Shown here piece after piece: positions 26,299 to 39,100 of a stretch of DNA of 64,000 bases. Source of the DNA: Octopus bimaculoides (Eukaryota); NCBI RefSeq assembly GCF_001194135.2, contig NC_068982.1:182532427-182596426 (forward strand). Direction: 5' to 3'. Numbering within the stretch: position 1 is the stretch's first letter; each line of letters opens with the position of its first letter. Both the position numbers and the translations under genes were made by a program. Below the pieces are notes generated by a model. The model was not told the origin of the DNA and ran no database searches. It was given only the letters and a program-made list of their open reading frames with translations.

Positions 26299-26598
26299 GT
26301 ACATTATTTACATTTGACGGATATTTGTCCTTATCTTTTTTGTTGTTAACACGACGTTTCGGCTGATATACCCTCCTGCCTTCATCGGCTGTCTTGGAGA
26401 AATTTCGAACCTGGGTTCTCATTCCTAAGATATTTTTCGATGTTATTATTATTATTATTATTATTCAGGTCACTGACTGGAATCGAACGCGAAATCTTCG
26501 GGTCAGTAGCCTGCGCCCTTAACCACTACGCCATATGCCCGTCAAATGTAAATAATGTAAATAATGTACATAATTCCTCATCTCTTAAATATAGAACT
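26299..26598 (-). mobile_element. SINE family D: tRNA-like head, (AAT)n linker, hammerhead-like motif; partly inverted insertion with TSD
   Basis: Minus strand: A box TGGCGTAGTGG, B box GTTCGATTCC, then CCGATGA-A-GGCAG..CAGCC-GAAACGTC. GTAGCACCAG is directly repeated at 26289-26298 and 26599-26608. Confidence 0.85.
26348..26393 (-). ncRNA. Minimal type I hammerhead ribozyme-like motif (this copy carries substitutions)
   Basis: GACAG-CCGATGA-A-GGCAG(GAGGGTATAT)CAGCC-GAAA-CGTC-GTGTT: core boxes, stem II, GUC triplet and stem I partner present; core reads CCGAUGA rather than CUGAUGA, and stems I and II each have one mismatch. Confidence 0.55.
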
Positions 26599-26716
26599 GT
26601 AGCACCAGAAAGTATCTTCAGGATTCTCAACAGTAGGATTACTGAGTAAAGAAGAATGGGAAGGAGGATGTGGTCAGTAACACTAGATTGAAATGACTCC
26701 AATATTTACAGATATT

Positions 26717-27287
26717 GGATCTTTTTTTAAAACGGGGGCCACATTTTTCATTAATGTTTTACGTAGTGTTTTTGGTACGGAAAAACTTTCAAACTTCGTA
26801 TACTTATCTATTTTGTGTTATAGAACAGAAAAATATTTTTGTATTCGAATTTATTTCATGTAAAAAATTGTCTTATTTCGATAATTTCAACCAATCACTG
26901 ACAAGTATTTAGTTGTTTACATTTACTCCTTTGGCTGATTAAGCGATGTAAAGCGTATTTAATCTCCATACCTTCGTTTTATTTGCTTTTTTCATTTTAA
27001 ATTTGCTTTAACCCTAACCCTAACTCTAGGGTTAGGGTTAGGGTTAATTGTTTCAGAATCGTTTGTTTATGTAGTCGGCACTTAATGTATATCGGCTGAA
27101 TGGACGTCAGTGATTGGTTGAAATTACAGAAATACGACAACTTTAACATGGAATAATTTATGGATTTCTTTTTTTTTTTTAAGAAGACTAAGAGAAAAAG
27201 ATGTTTTATATGACACATTCTACCAGTGTTCCAAGTTTCAAAGTGTTTCGTTAATGAAAAATGTGGCCCCCGTTTTAAAAAAGATCC
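26717..27287. mobile_element. MITE with 37-bp TIRs, GG termini and 8-bp TSD (Merlin-like by termini)
   Basis: TIR GGATCTTTTTT(T)AAAACGGGGGCCACATTTTTCATTAA at both ends; TSD CAGATATT at 26709-26716 and 27288-27295; inner inverted repeat ATTTCAACCAATCACTGAC. Confidence 0.9.
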
Positions 27288-27819
27288 CAGATATTTTATT
27301 TTATCTACCAGACAAGGAGAATGGCAATGTTGGCTTCACTATATGAGGACTCAGAACGTAAAAATCACGAAGTAAATACTGCAAATGTATTTTTATCCGT
27401 TGATCTAACTCCTAATCCAGTGCCACGAATAAATGAGATTAAACGTTCAGTTATTTCCGTTTGTAATTGAAATGTACAATGATAAATAGAGGGTTACTTG
27501 AAAGCAATTGAAAACAAGCTTAATTTTAAATATAAAAGTCGAAGGAAAATAGAGGAATTTTCTAAAGAAAGGGAATGACATATTTGGCGCTTATAACAGG
27601 AGATTGTCGATACTGTTTCCTACAGGATGTAGCAACAAAACCTTGTATTCACCATTCTTGATAAGCAATTTCTATAGCAAACGTATGGAATCCACCGGTT
27701 GAAACCATGATGATGACTGCTAGAGAAAACGATAAAACATAGCAAGATGGATGGACCATTACCATCTGACTAACTTAAACACAACTTTTATGGCCGTATA
27801 AAATATGGTATATACATAT

Positions 27820-28219
27820 AACTCTCTTTACTCTTTTACTTGTTTCAGTCATTTGACTGTGACCATGCTGGAGCACCGCCTTTTAGTCGAGCAAATCGAC
27901 CCCAGGACTTATTCTTTAGAAGCCTAGTACTTATTCTATCGATTTGTTTTGCCGAACCGCTAAGTTACGGGGACATAAACACACCAGCATCGGTTGTCAA
28001 GCGATGTTGGGGGGACAAACACACACATACAAACATATATATATCTACATATATACGACGGGCTTCTTTCAGTTTCCGTCTACCAAATCCACTCACAAGG
28101 CTTTGGTCGGCCCGAGGCTATAGTAGAAGACACTTGCCCAAGATGCCGCGCAGTGGGACTGAACCCGGGACCATGTGGTTGGTAAGCTAGCTACTTACCA
28201 CACAGCCACTCCTACGCCT
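27820..28219 (-). mobile_element. SINE family A, full length
   Basis: Head AGGCGTAGGAGTGGCTGTGTGGTAAG...CCGGGTTCAGTCCC, central TA/TG repeat, tail ...CAAATGACTGAAACAAGTAAAAGAGTAAAGAG. Confidence 0.93.
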
Positions 28220-28243
28220 AAACAAACATTTGTCTTTTTTTAT

Positions 28244-28716
28244 AAGCGCCGAAATGTGCATTGTAAGATACAAATAAGACGATAACTTAGAACAGCAGAA
28301 ATATTGAGTGAATTATCCGTAGAAAGCGGAAAAAAATTGTCAACAAACGGCCATGGGACTCGAACCCACATGCCTTGAAGTCTCCGGCCAAGTGCCTTAC
28401 AATTATGGTAAACTTCCCGTTGAGTAATTAATCCGCAATTTTAGACATTATAAAGCTAAATGTACAACTACCTGTATATAAATATAAAGAAATTAGCATT
28501 TTATTTATCAGCGTCGAAATGTGTTTTGTAAAATACAATTAAGACGATAATTATTTTCGAACGCAGATTAATTTGTCAACGGGCAGTTTAGCTTAATGGT
28601 AAGGGATGTGGTTTCGAGTTACATGGTTGTTTGTTGACAAATATTTTCTGCTTACAAGGGTAATTTACCCTATATTTCTGCTGTTCTAAAATAAATTATC
28701 ATCTTATTTGTATTTT
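28244..28716. mobile_element. Foldback element with inverted tRNA-like cassettes
   Basis: 28265-28423 is inverted relative to 28576-28716; cassette reads GGGCAGTTTAGCTTAATGGTAAGG...GGGTTCGAGTCCCATGG (composite of the two copies). Confidence 0.7.
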
Positions 28717-29444
28717 ATATATATATGTATATATATCATATCATATCATATCATATATACATCATAACATTGCATATCTTATAGTCACATGATTTACTAT
28801 GTATGAAGAATTCAGCATTTTAAGATGCAACAGTTAGGAAAGTGCGAGTTTTCAGAGACCAGTATGTCTCTTCTATTTGCCTATAGGTTGTAGCCAGATA
28901 GCGATACTGCCTAGTTAACTTTTTATATCCTTCGCAGTGCCAACATTAATAATATTTGAAAGCTATCGTTCTACTAAATTAAATATCAGTCAATTGAAGT
29001 AGAATTCTCTTTCTGACACTTTTAAATGACTAAAGAGAAGGACTTAGACGTATTCGGCTTCATTATCTCAATGATGCTGTCACTGTGCGTGATATTATAA
29101 AATTGCATGGTGCCAATATATAAGGAATATTAACTCGGCTAGGCGCTTGTTTAGGATTCCAATTTGGTTGCATTGTAAATTTATTCCTTTTTTACGACTT
29201 ACATAGAATAAACTTTTGTCAGGTAAGATGACGCTGGTTGATTTCAAAACTGTGTGGAAGTAGTGTGAGCCGTAACATAAAAGTTAATTAGACACAGGGG
29301 AAGTAATTGCTGAAAATGTGTTAAATTTGAAGAGAATGAATACTGTCGGTATTCATCTCCGATTTATTTCCATTCTATTTGGTACTTTCTATTTTACCCC
29401 TCCGTTTTCCAATTTGTCTTTATTGATATATCTACCTCCCTCTT

Positions 29445-29505
<61 letters not shown>

Positions 29506-30064
29506 NNNNNNNNNNNNNNNNNNNNNNNNNNNNNNNNNNNNNNNNNNNNNNNNNNNNNNNNNNNNNNNNNNNNNNNNNNNNNNNNNNNNNNNNNNNNNNN
29601 NNNNNNNNNNNNNNNNNNNNNNNNNNNNNNNNNNNNNNNNNNNNNNNNNNNNNNNNNNNNNNNNNNNNNNNNNNNNNNNNNNNNNNNNNNNNNNNNNNNN
29701 NNNNNNNNNNNNNNNNNNNNNNNNNNNNNNNNNNNNNNNNNNNNNNNNNNNNNNNNNNNNNNNNNNNNNNNNNNNNNNNNNNNNNNNNNNNNNNNNNNNN
29801 NNNNNNNNNNNNNNNNNNNNNNNNNNNNNNNNNNNNNNNNNNNNNNNNNNNNNNNNNNNNNNNNNNNNNNNNNNNNNNNNNNNNNNNNNNNNNNNNNNNN
29901 NNNNNNNNNNNNNNNNNNNNNNNNNNNNNNNNNNNNNNNNNNNNNNNNNNNNNNNNNNNNNNNNNNNNNNNNNNNNNNNNNNNNNNNNNNNNNNNNNNNN
30001 NNNNNNNNNNNNNNNNNNNNNNNNNNNNNNNNNNNNNNNNNNNNNNNNNNNNNNNNNNNNNNNN

Positions 30065-30103
<39 letters not shown>

Positions 30104-33100
30104 CATATATATATTTATCTATCTTCCTCTCTCTATCTCTCTTTCTCTTTTTCTCTCTCTTTATCTATCTATCGATCTGTTTGCTTTTTCTATCCATCTA
30201 TCTATATGTATCCCCTTTCAATTCACACTAAATTAGTTATGATCACCAATACCGTATATATTCAATCTATATAAGGTGATAGTGGATGTGCTGTTAATTT
30301 CGATAGGCACCATTCTCCAAATAATTACGGATTACAGGTTTCGGTTCCACAGTTTGAAACTAATTTGCACGGACTGGACATTTACCATCTGTCTCAACCA
30401 CTCTTTTCAACACAATAGTCATGTATATAAACTGCTGTTTGTGCTATACATTTTAAAGTAGGTCTCTTCATACAGTTTAATTCCCTGACAATATACACTA
30501 TTAAATTCTTCCTGTTTGTATTGATACAAATTCCAGTGAATCTGCAAGAATGCCTCTAAATAATTTTCTTGACGTATAGTTGTTATATGTGTTTCTATCA
30601 GAAGAGCTGATCTCGGCAACTTAGGAAAGCCTATAGCTGCTATATTCGTTGCAACCTCATTTACTAGTATACATTCAGAATACGCTTCAATTCACAAGCC
30701 AGTAAAATAGACTTGGGGGTTAGTCGACATCCTAGAAATAACAGTAAAAAATAGAATAACAGTAACATGACACTCTACTCTCTAGAAGAAGGAGGAATTT
30801 GCTTAATATGTATCAAGGTAGTTCTAGCAAAGGGGATAAGAGCAGTAGATATACCTTTGTTTCGAGCCCATCTAAATCGGCTTTGCACAAGAATTAAACA
30901 ATAATTTATCATTAGAGTAGATTTCGTCTCACTCACAAGTCTCGGTGGTTCTGTAAAGGTCATGGATGCTATATTTCCCTCTCTGACTATCATCTGCAGC
31001 TGTGTAATCTCTAGTGTTGAACGTATTATATGTAGAGGATCACTTTTCGGGTGCTTCTACTTGTGAAACTTGCAGTCCTTCCTAGACCTAGACCTTACAA
31101 GATCAATTGTCAGCGACTGCTTTTATTTACTAACTGAGTTCAAAGATATAATAACACGAAATTCTTGTAATAACTATATTTGCCCCGTGTAGTTTGCGAA
31201 ATAGTTTACAAATACTATAGTATACGTACTCACCTTTAGTTTCAGTTAATACTCCTATTAGTAGGAATATCATAAAAATGCCATACATTAAAAAACATGT
31301 TTAAGGAATCAGGAAGAACGAAAGAAGCTTTCTGATTACTTTTAGAAATGTTTTCAGTCAAAATCATTCGAAATTGTTGAGTTTAAAGACAAACGATATT
31401 GAGTTTGATCTTTCATTACTTCTGGTGGTTTCCAGATCAATCTCAACATAATCAGTGCTGGGATTCCAAAGGTTTCGGCTCTAAAAAAGAAGGTTAGAAA
31501 ATATTTTAAAAATAAAATGCCAAATCTGTGAATTAAACAAAATTAGAATAGGGAGGATGTATAGATACGAGAGCAAGCACTATAATTCATAACTATAGAC
31601 TGGTTGTGGTAGCATTAAGATGTCTTAGATTAGGATGCATATGTCATTGCTGTCTATTAAGGGATCAGAAATGAAATGGTCTTGTTTGATGCTGAGCTCA
31701 TGATATGAAACTCTGATCTAATATATTTCTACATACATTATTTTTGCTGTTGTTAAGAGCTAAGCTAATTATGATGTAGCCTGTTATTTTGTATTTCTCT
31801 GACATTGTGAAATATATCCATGATTGTAAAGATGATAATAGATATATAGATACGACTTGTAGCAGTTCAAGCCACCGTAAAGAAGCTCGCTTGTTGCCTC
31901 ATTAGCACATCCGTTGCAGGTGTAGATGTTCATAACGAAATCTCCATTTTCTTTATTAACAAGTTGATTTCAGAGTGTAGATTTTCATTTACATCCTATT
32001 TAGAAGTTAAAATTAATGATGATAGCTTCTTTTCCTACCTATGTATATGCAAACATCTATAAAAAAAAAAAAAACAATGATCATTTCTATTTTGTTTAGA
32101 AGCGAAATTCAAGTAGATTTATTTATTTACATTCCATTCAGAAGAATTGTTTGCCCAAGAAGTTATCTTTATTTCAACTTAGAACGAATACTCTATAAAC
32201 TTTCTTTAAATTTACAACTAATTTAACTGAGAGCCTCATTGAAGAGATTTTCATATCCATTCTGTTCCAATGTGAAACTCTATAATCATCATCAATTCAG
32301 TACTTTTCACATCATTGACAGATCTCCACTATATTCCTACCACTTTTCAGCTTGACCACAAAGGTAATACTCATAGAAATTTCGATATTTCAAAGAGCCC
32401 ATTTCATATTTATTTATTCTTCTGAACGTTGTATTATGCAATGATACGTCAAAAGTGTAATTTCTCAAAAATAATGTGACTATGGGACTCAATGCTACAT
32501 GCTTACAATTCAAAAAGGATATGCACCCTATTCTCTAACGTGTTCTAAAGAGGAGAACTAACGAAATAACTCGGTCTGCTCCTCCATTGCAACTGGGTGA
32601 CTCTACGAATATAAAGAGAGGCATTTACCCCTTGTTAACATCTATCTTTAAAATCAATTAGTTTTATTGGGGGGGGGGAGGTGTTGTGTGTGTGTAATTC
32701 TATGAATATCTAAATAAGATCAATTCCAATATATCACGCTATAATTATGGAACATATACATTCACATCCATTATTCTAGGATCTCTCTTCTTACCACGGA
32801 AATCAATAAGGCTGTTTACTGTGGGGATTCTTCCTTCCCAGAGCAGAGTTTGTGGTGGTGACCCTCATTCTATTTAATAGTATCCCCTGAGCCTACACGA
32901 GACTCACAACTAAGAGAAGGTTCACTCGATTTATATATATTTCTATAGGTCCAGCGACAATGAACCGTCAACTGCTTGATACCATTTTCGCTTGAGGACT
33001 CAAACTAAAGAAATCATCTATCCAGGGTATCCTGGAGAATACTCTACAAAATGCTCACTGAATTGTCTGGAGTGTGAAAGCAGCATTTTTGTCTCTATGA

Positions 33101-36100
33101 GATACCACATCCTTACAAATGCCATTTCATATAAGCTCTCATGGAACATAACGTTTATACTTTAAACACAGTAAAATGATCCAGAGCAAATTGGTATAAC
33201 AATAGAATTTAAATCAACATGTTCGTAAGTTATATAACGTTTATAACGGTTTGGTAAGAATTTCGCTAGAGATTATTTTTTAATCTTAACTGAAATTCGA
33301 ACTTCTTGTCGGTTATTCAGTCGTTCAACCGACACTATCTATCGTCACCATACTTTATGAATATGCAATTATTTTTAGGTAAATTATTTTTTCGTATTAA
33401 GAATCTTTCAATGCCTTTTGAACTTTGTGTTTATCTTCGAATATTTGATATATTATTTATTCATTTTCTAAACTATAAAAGATAATATTATTTTCAATTT
33501 AGCTTCAACATTTTGTGGTAATTATTCATTATTCATTAATACATTGTCAACAGATAATGGCACTTATCATTTTCTTCTCGTTCTTTCTTTGTTAAATATT
33601 GCCTTCGGTTGTGCCATAACGAAGATTAAATTGTGTTTTCAGCAGATATTTTGGTAACATCGTATATGAAGCTAAATAGTGCTTTATGTTCTTGGCTTTT
33701 GTTTCTTTTTTACTTTGTGGAGAAAAGAGAGGTTTTCTATGTTGTTGCCGGTCTCTAAATATTTCACACACAATGTCAGCATATTACACGAGAGTAGCTT
33801 GGTAACCATATTGTATGATTGGGTATTACATAACAATTTTTCATCTTCCATCGTAAATAGTTTACAGTACATAAAGTTTACAATAGTAGATTTGTTGTAT
33901 TATAGGCATAGGAAACATTCCGTATATGGAATTCGAATTAAATTTTATTCAATTTACTTAACACAATATATCATTACAAAGCTCTTTTTTTATATAAATG
34001 ACACTCGTCTTAAGGTTGAGAAACGTTACCTGCGTGCATACCCCATTTATTAGCTTTCAGTCAATACATGTAATATCCAGTGCTTCAGAATGAATGAGGC
34101 ACGCTAATGTATTTAACAAAACATTTGCATTTCATTTTTTTTTTCTATTCATAAAATATTTCAAATTGTGAGACCTAATATCGAAAGCTCCATCCAAATG
34201 ATTGCCACTCCACGACACTTCAAATTACTACAAGTATGTTCAATAAAATAGCCAAGGTATGTTTATCCTACTGATTCTTGAGGGCCTAAATGTTGAACAT
34301 TGACCTATATCAGTCGAAAGGAAAGGCAATACACTTACCACACTTCATAACCATCATCAGTGTAAGTTTCTTTGCTATTCTCTCTACGGAGTTTCACAAT
34401 AGATACAAACTGAAACTCATGAAGGGATAACAATTTATAAACAGAATGATTCTCTCTCCTTCAGTTCAACATCGAATTTTATATATCATTTCTTTTTGAT
34501 ACGTCACTTATCCATTTCTACTTTTCACGCTTCACTCTATATTCCAACGTCGCTCTGAAATGTGGTATTCGTACCGATCTAGACTTCAGTTAAACAATCA
34601 ATTATTTTTTGGCCTACATTTCTGCAACAAAGACTTCCAGTTAAGAATTTAATATTCCTCCAAGATACCTGTACTGTTTCTTACATCCCTCAAATCAACG
34701 CTGCTCTAGCATATTTGTAAAGTAATTTTATTATTGGCTAGGATATATACAATACTTCACATTCCTCTGGGACGAACCTTCTTCTTGTGGATACCGAATG
34801 TTTTATTATATGGAAATATCTGTGTCAGTTACTATAATCACTTACATGTATTAATTACCGACCCTTGACACACTAAGCTCCTTTTTCTCACCTAAAATCT
34901 TTCCACATTTGAATACTGCTCTCATATTTGTTTACAGAGGCCTACATCCATACATAACTGTTCATCCAAGCCCCTGTCTAGCACACTTGTCTATTCTGCC
35001 AATCCCACCTCGACATTTATGTTCTGTTCTTGTGAGTTTCTTTTCTAAATAAACACCTTTTGCAAATTCTTCGTCAGAGATTATATTCTGGTAATTCTGA
35101 AAATGCTATACACACGTTAGTTTTACTTAAGTTGATCTATACAGATTCAAATTGAACATCAAACGATCTATCCCTTTTAGCCAGAAGAACTTGCCAAGTT
35201 TATATTGCCTGCCCTTCCCCAATTAGCTCGTAGAAAAATCAAAAATACATTTTGCTAATGATGTGCCTCTTCTTTATTTTTAATAAAAGATATTTTGGTA
35301 CCAAATCACTATCTGTTGCCCATACTCAAAACAACATGAACACAAAATCTTCATTTTATTGTCTCTTTTCCTTGTTGAGAGTCTCAAAGTATTAAGTTAC
35401 AGCTCATTCTTGTTCTTTGTATTTTACTCTTGTAAATTATGAATTGTTTATGGGCAGTAAATTATAGTGTTTATTATAGCTCTCCGCCGTTTGTATTCAG
35501 ATGATGCCGAGGTTGTGGTGGTAAAATGATTGTGGAAATGGCCATGGTTAATCACCGGTGTCGCTGATTAGTAGCAATGTTTGTAGTTACAATGCTGAAG
35601 AATAAAATGAGTGCGACTGCAAAAGTGGTATAGATTTGACTATTGGTGTTGTTTAGACAAAGAATTACTCGGGCCGAGCAGAAATATATCCCTCCTATTT
35701 TTAAGACTACACAACAATTGTGGAATATGACTCAAACCTTAATTGAAACAGATCTAAACATCGTAATGAGATACCTTCATTTTCTCTTGTTGGTCTCATC
35801 TTCCAGTGGATAAAAAGCAAGGAGACCATTCTTATATTTCCTCAAAGAAATCTATTTCTTTACAGGGTGTTTATATACAAATGGCGTAATTAATTGTGTC
35901 TCTCATAGGAAGAAGGCCTGAAACAGTTTGTAACATAGGTACACGTGCTGAATTAAGGACAGATAGTTTATTGACACCATTAAGTACAGTGATTGAAGGG
36001 TACTTTTTTTTTTGTCGAAATTTAATAGCTGTGGAATCTGAACATAGATTCCATTAGAAGAACCAAAAGAAATAAAGCAACGATATTTTTACGACGTTCT

Positions 36101-39100
36101 ATTCACTCGGTTAGTTAATCACTGTCACAACGATCATTCTAAATATATACAGCATAGAATTATCCTGAGTCTAATATTATATAGCTACCAAAGTATAATC
36201 ATGAACACCCAAACAATGAAACCCCTCCATGGGAATATTGAAATCAAGACTTTCCTCACAGTAATTGACTAAACGTACACTAGATTTTAATATCGCCATA
36301 CCATATGACTTGTGAGCTATAAGAAATGTTATATGCTTCATTGTTTACGGATTTCCTGTAGAGAGAAATACGCCATTCTATTCTATTGTAATCTGGAGGA
36401 TCATATCGAGCGACTCGCCAGCTGCATACAAATATTTTCTAGAACATGTATTGAATAATCTTTCTCTGTTTATTTAGCAAAGAAAAAATTTTAAAAAAAA
36501 CATATAGACAGAAATATATATGTACGCTTATTTATAAATGGCTGTGTGTGCGCGCGCCTCTATGTGTATGTGTGTGTGCGTGTTGTCTTCTATTTTTTAA
36601 CTATTTGAAATCTAAGAAAGGAGCTTGTTCCTAAGAAAAAATTCTTTCTTTGGTATTTAGATATGTGTATGTATGCTTGTATGTATGTTTGTTTGTAATG
36701 TATGTATGCTGGTATGTTTGTATGTATGTATGTTTGTATGTGTGTATGAATGTATGTATGCGTGCACATGCGTCACCATTTTTAACTGGAAAGAAACTCG
36801 ACTTCTATTGTAGTGATTTTATCCCGATACACACATATACTAACTTCTATACATATATGAACACACACATACTTGCCTAGGCATGTAAAGTAATTCTGTG
36901 TGATTTGGGGTTTATATATGTGTGTCTATAGTTTCCATTCGTGAAATCTTACTGTTTTTTTAGCATAGTAGTTGTGTGTGTGTGTGTGTGTGTGTGCGTG
37001 CGCGTGTGTGTGTGTGCGTGCCTGTGTGGGCGCAAACGCGTGTGTATAGTCCTCAATATTTTATGCATATCAACGAGTGCAAGTGACCACGGAATTTTTT
37101 GCAAAGTAAGTTTCCATTTTTAAATCTCATTGTCATTTATTTTAATTACGGCCATTGTATCGAGTATGATTTCAACTATGTATGTTCAGGCGTGGAATAT
37201 AAATTTTATTACTCGAGTGGTGAGAGACACAACTGAGAGTGAATACATTCTTGAATTTTAACAGACATTGTAACATGAGGAGAGACTAATGTATCTCAAA
37301 GAAGAAATACTGACCTACAGTAAAATTCAATTTGAAGACTAATGGTCCACTCTGTCGAAAGATCGTAACCATATTTGATTATAACGTTTGACTAGACATG
37401 TGCTATAAAATACGGTTAGAACGAATATTGGAATATTGGAATATTAAACTAACGATTAATCTGGTATCTTTACGTTCGTGTTTCATATTAACGACTACTT
37501 AGCTGTTCGTTTCGACAAATGGAGAGAATGAAAGTATGCTTCAATTAAGAGCAATGTTCTTTCCAGTGACAGAATTGCTACATTTTTAGATAATTCTTGC
37601 TGGTAATTCAATCAGAGAAGATTGGATTGATTTAGAGATATAACAGTATAATGAAAGGAAGTGAGGATGAAGGTGTTGGATAAACTATAAGGAAGAGAGA
37701 TTAAGAGAATAGGTAGAGAACGAAGGGAGAGTTATAAAGAAAGACTGGTGGCTGTTTCTATTAGAATATATCGGTGAGACAGGAGGATAAAGTGTGAAGG
37801 AAATATTGACAATGAAGATTATATCGGTCTGTTTCTCACTGCAATGGTGAGTGGTTAAACCAGTTGATGACGATGGACAGAAGGAAAGTAAATTAGAGGC
37901 AGGTATGTTTCGAAGAAGAAAAGACGCGAGTGAGAGTGGTGGGGAAGAAAGAACAATATTTAGATTGAAAGTCAGACAGACAAGTAGGTACAGACAAGGA
38001 GGGCTGGAAACGTGACAAACAGTAGGAGAGAAAAGAAAGATGAAATGAGAGTGAAAGGTAGGAGCTATAAAAAAAAGATGGAAAATGTAAAAGAGAGGTT
38101 TTTACAAGACAAAATGTTGCTCATTAGATTTGTTGCATAGAGGTAATGTGGAGTGTCATAATCTATGTTAGAAAGATAACTGAAACTTGCAAATTCAATT
38201 GTGGATGTGAGATACGGCGGTGAAAATAGAGATAGGGAGAAATGAAAAAAGAGGCGGGAGAGAGACACACGGGAAGACATATAAGAAGGTTCACAGAGAG
38301 AGGGATAGAGTGGCAGAGATTGACTAAGAGATGGAGAGACAGAGGCAGAGGAATAATTAGATTTAATTACACTATCATATTTCACTACATTATTTACAAA
38401 AAATTTTGCTATATTTTTTTCAGGTGTCCGTCAGTATTTTCTTCTCTCTCATATCTAGTCATACATCAACATAGACAGCCATAGAGACACAAACAAACAC
38501 ATTGAGAGATATTGTGTTGTTTGGTAGAAATAAATGACTTTCCGATTCGTTTCTGTTTTGAATTCAGCGCAACAGCGTGATCGAACACTGATCAATCATC
38601 AATGATGTCACTGATGTGGAATTACAATTCAGCAATTGTAGTCGCCTTTGGTCGATTGCAAGTAGTAGCACCAAGATACAAAGTGTGCTCACGTGTAAAG
38701 TCACCAGAGAGAATACATTTGCAACGTTTGTATAATGTAATGTCGTTGCATGCATGCACATGCTTATTCAAGACAGTTATCAGATGCAAATTCAGAAATT
38801 TCCAGATCTTTCGAGCATAAGGGGATGAAAAAAATAAAAGGAAAACAAAAAATAGAAACAGGAATAAAACAATAGTAGAAATTTGTCTATGAATAAATAT
38901 GAATATATTAAGATATTTTTTGTGCGATATGAGAACATTTTATCAAAAAAAGAAAAGAAAAAAACTGTGTGATTTGAGTAATAATTTATTTGAACTTCCA
39001 AATAATTTTTTTGAAATATAATCGGTTTTATCATACCTGTGAAGAGTATATCTTCAAAGTAGATGAAACTAGATCTAATGTGTATGTATCACTTCACAGT

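Noticed and set aside
26460-26540. tRNA gene call for the SINE D head (also the 28.3 and 52.6 kb cassettes)
   Set aside because: A/B boxes present but no complete cloverleaf or T-run terminator; tRNA-derived repeats, not tRNA genes.
27008-27047. Chromosome-fusion scar
   Set aside because: Repeat order is opposite to a telomere fusion and it sits inside a TSD-bounded MITE.
31330-31490. Possible LINE RT motif (IISAGIPKVSAL, like GVPQGS)
   Set aside because: Too short and degenerate to support.
32990-33160. Possible transposase piece (WRIL...HPYKCHFI)
   Set aside because: One short motif, no catalytic residues or TIR.
38564-38761. Signal-peptide-like minus-strand ORF
   Set aside because: No donor site or recognisable homology; frames close quickly.
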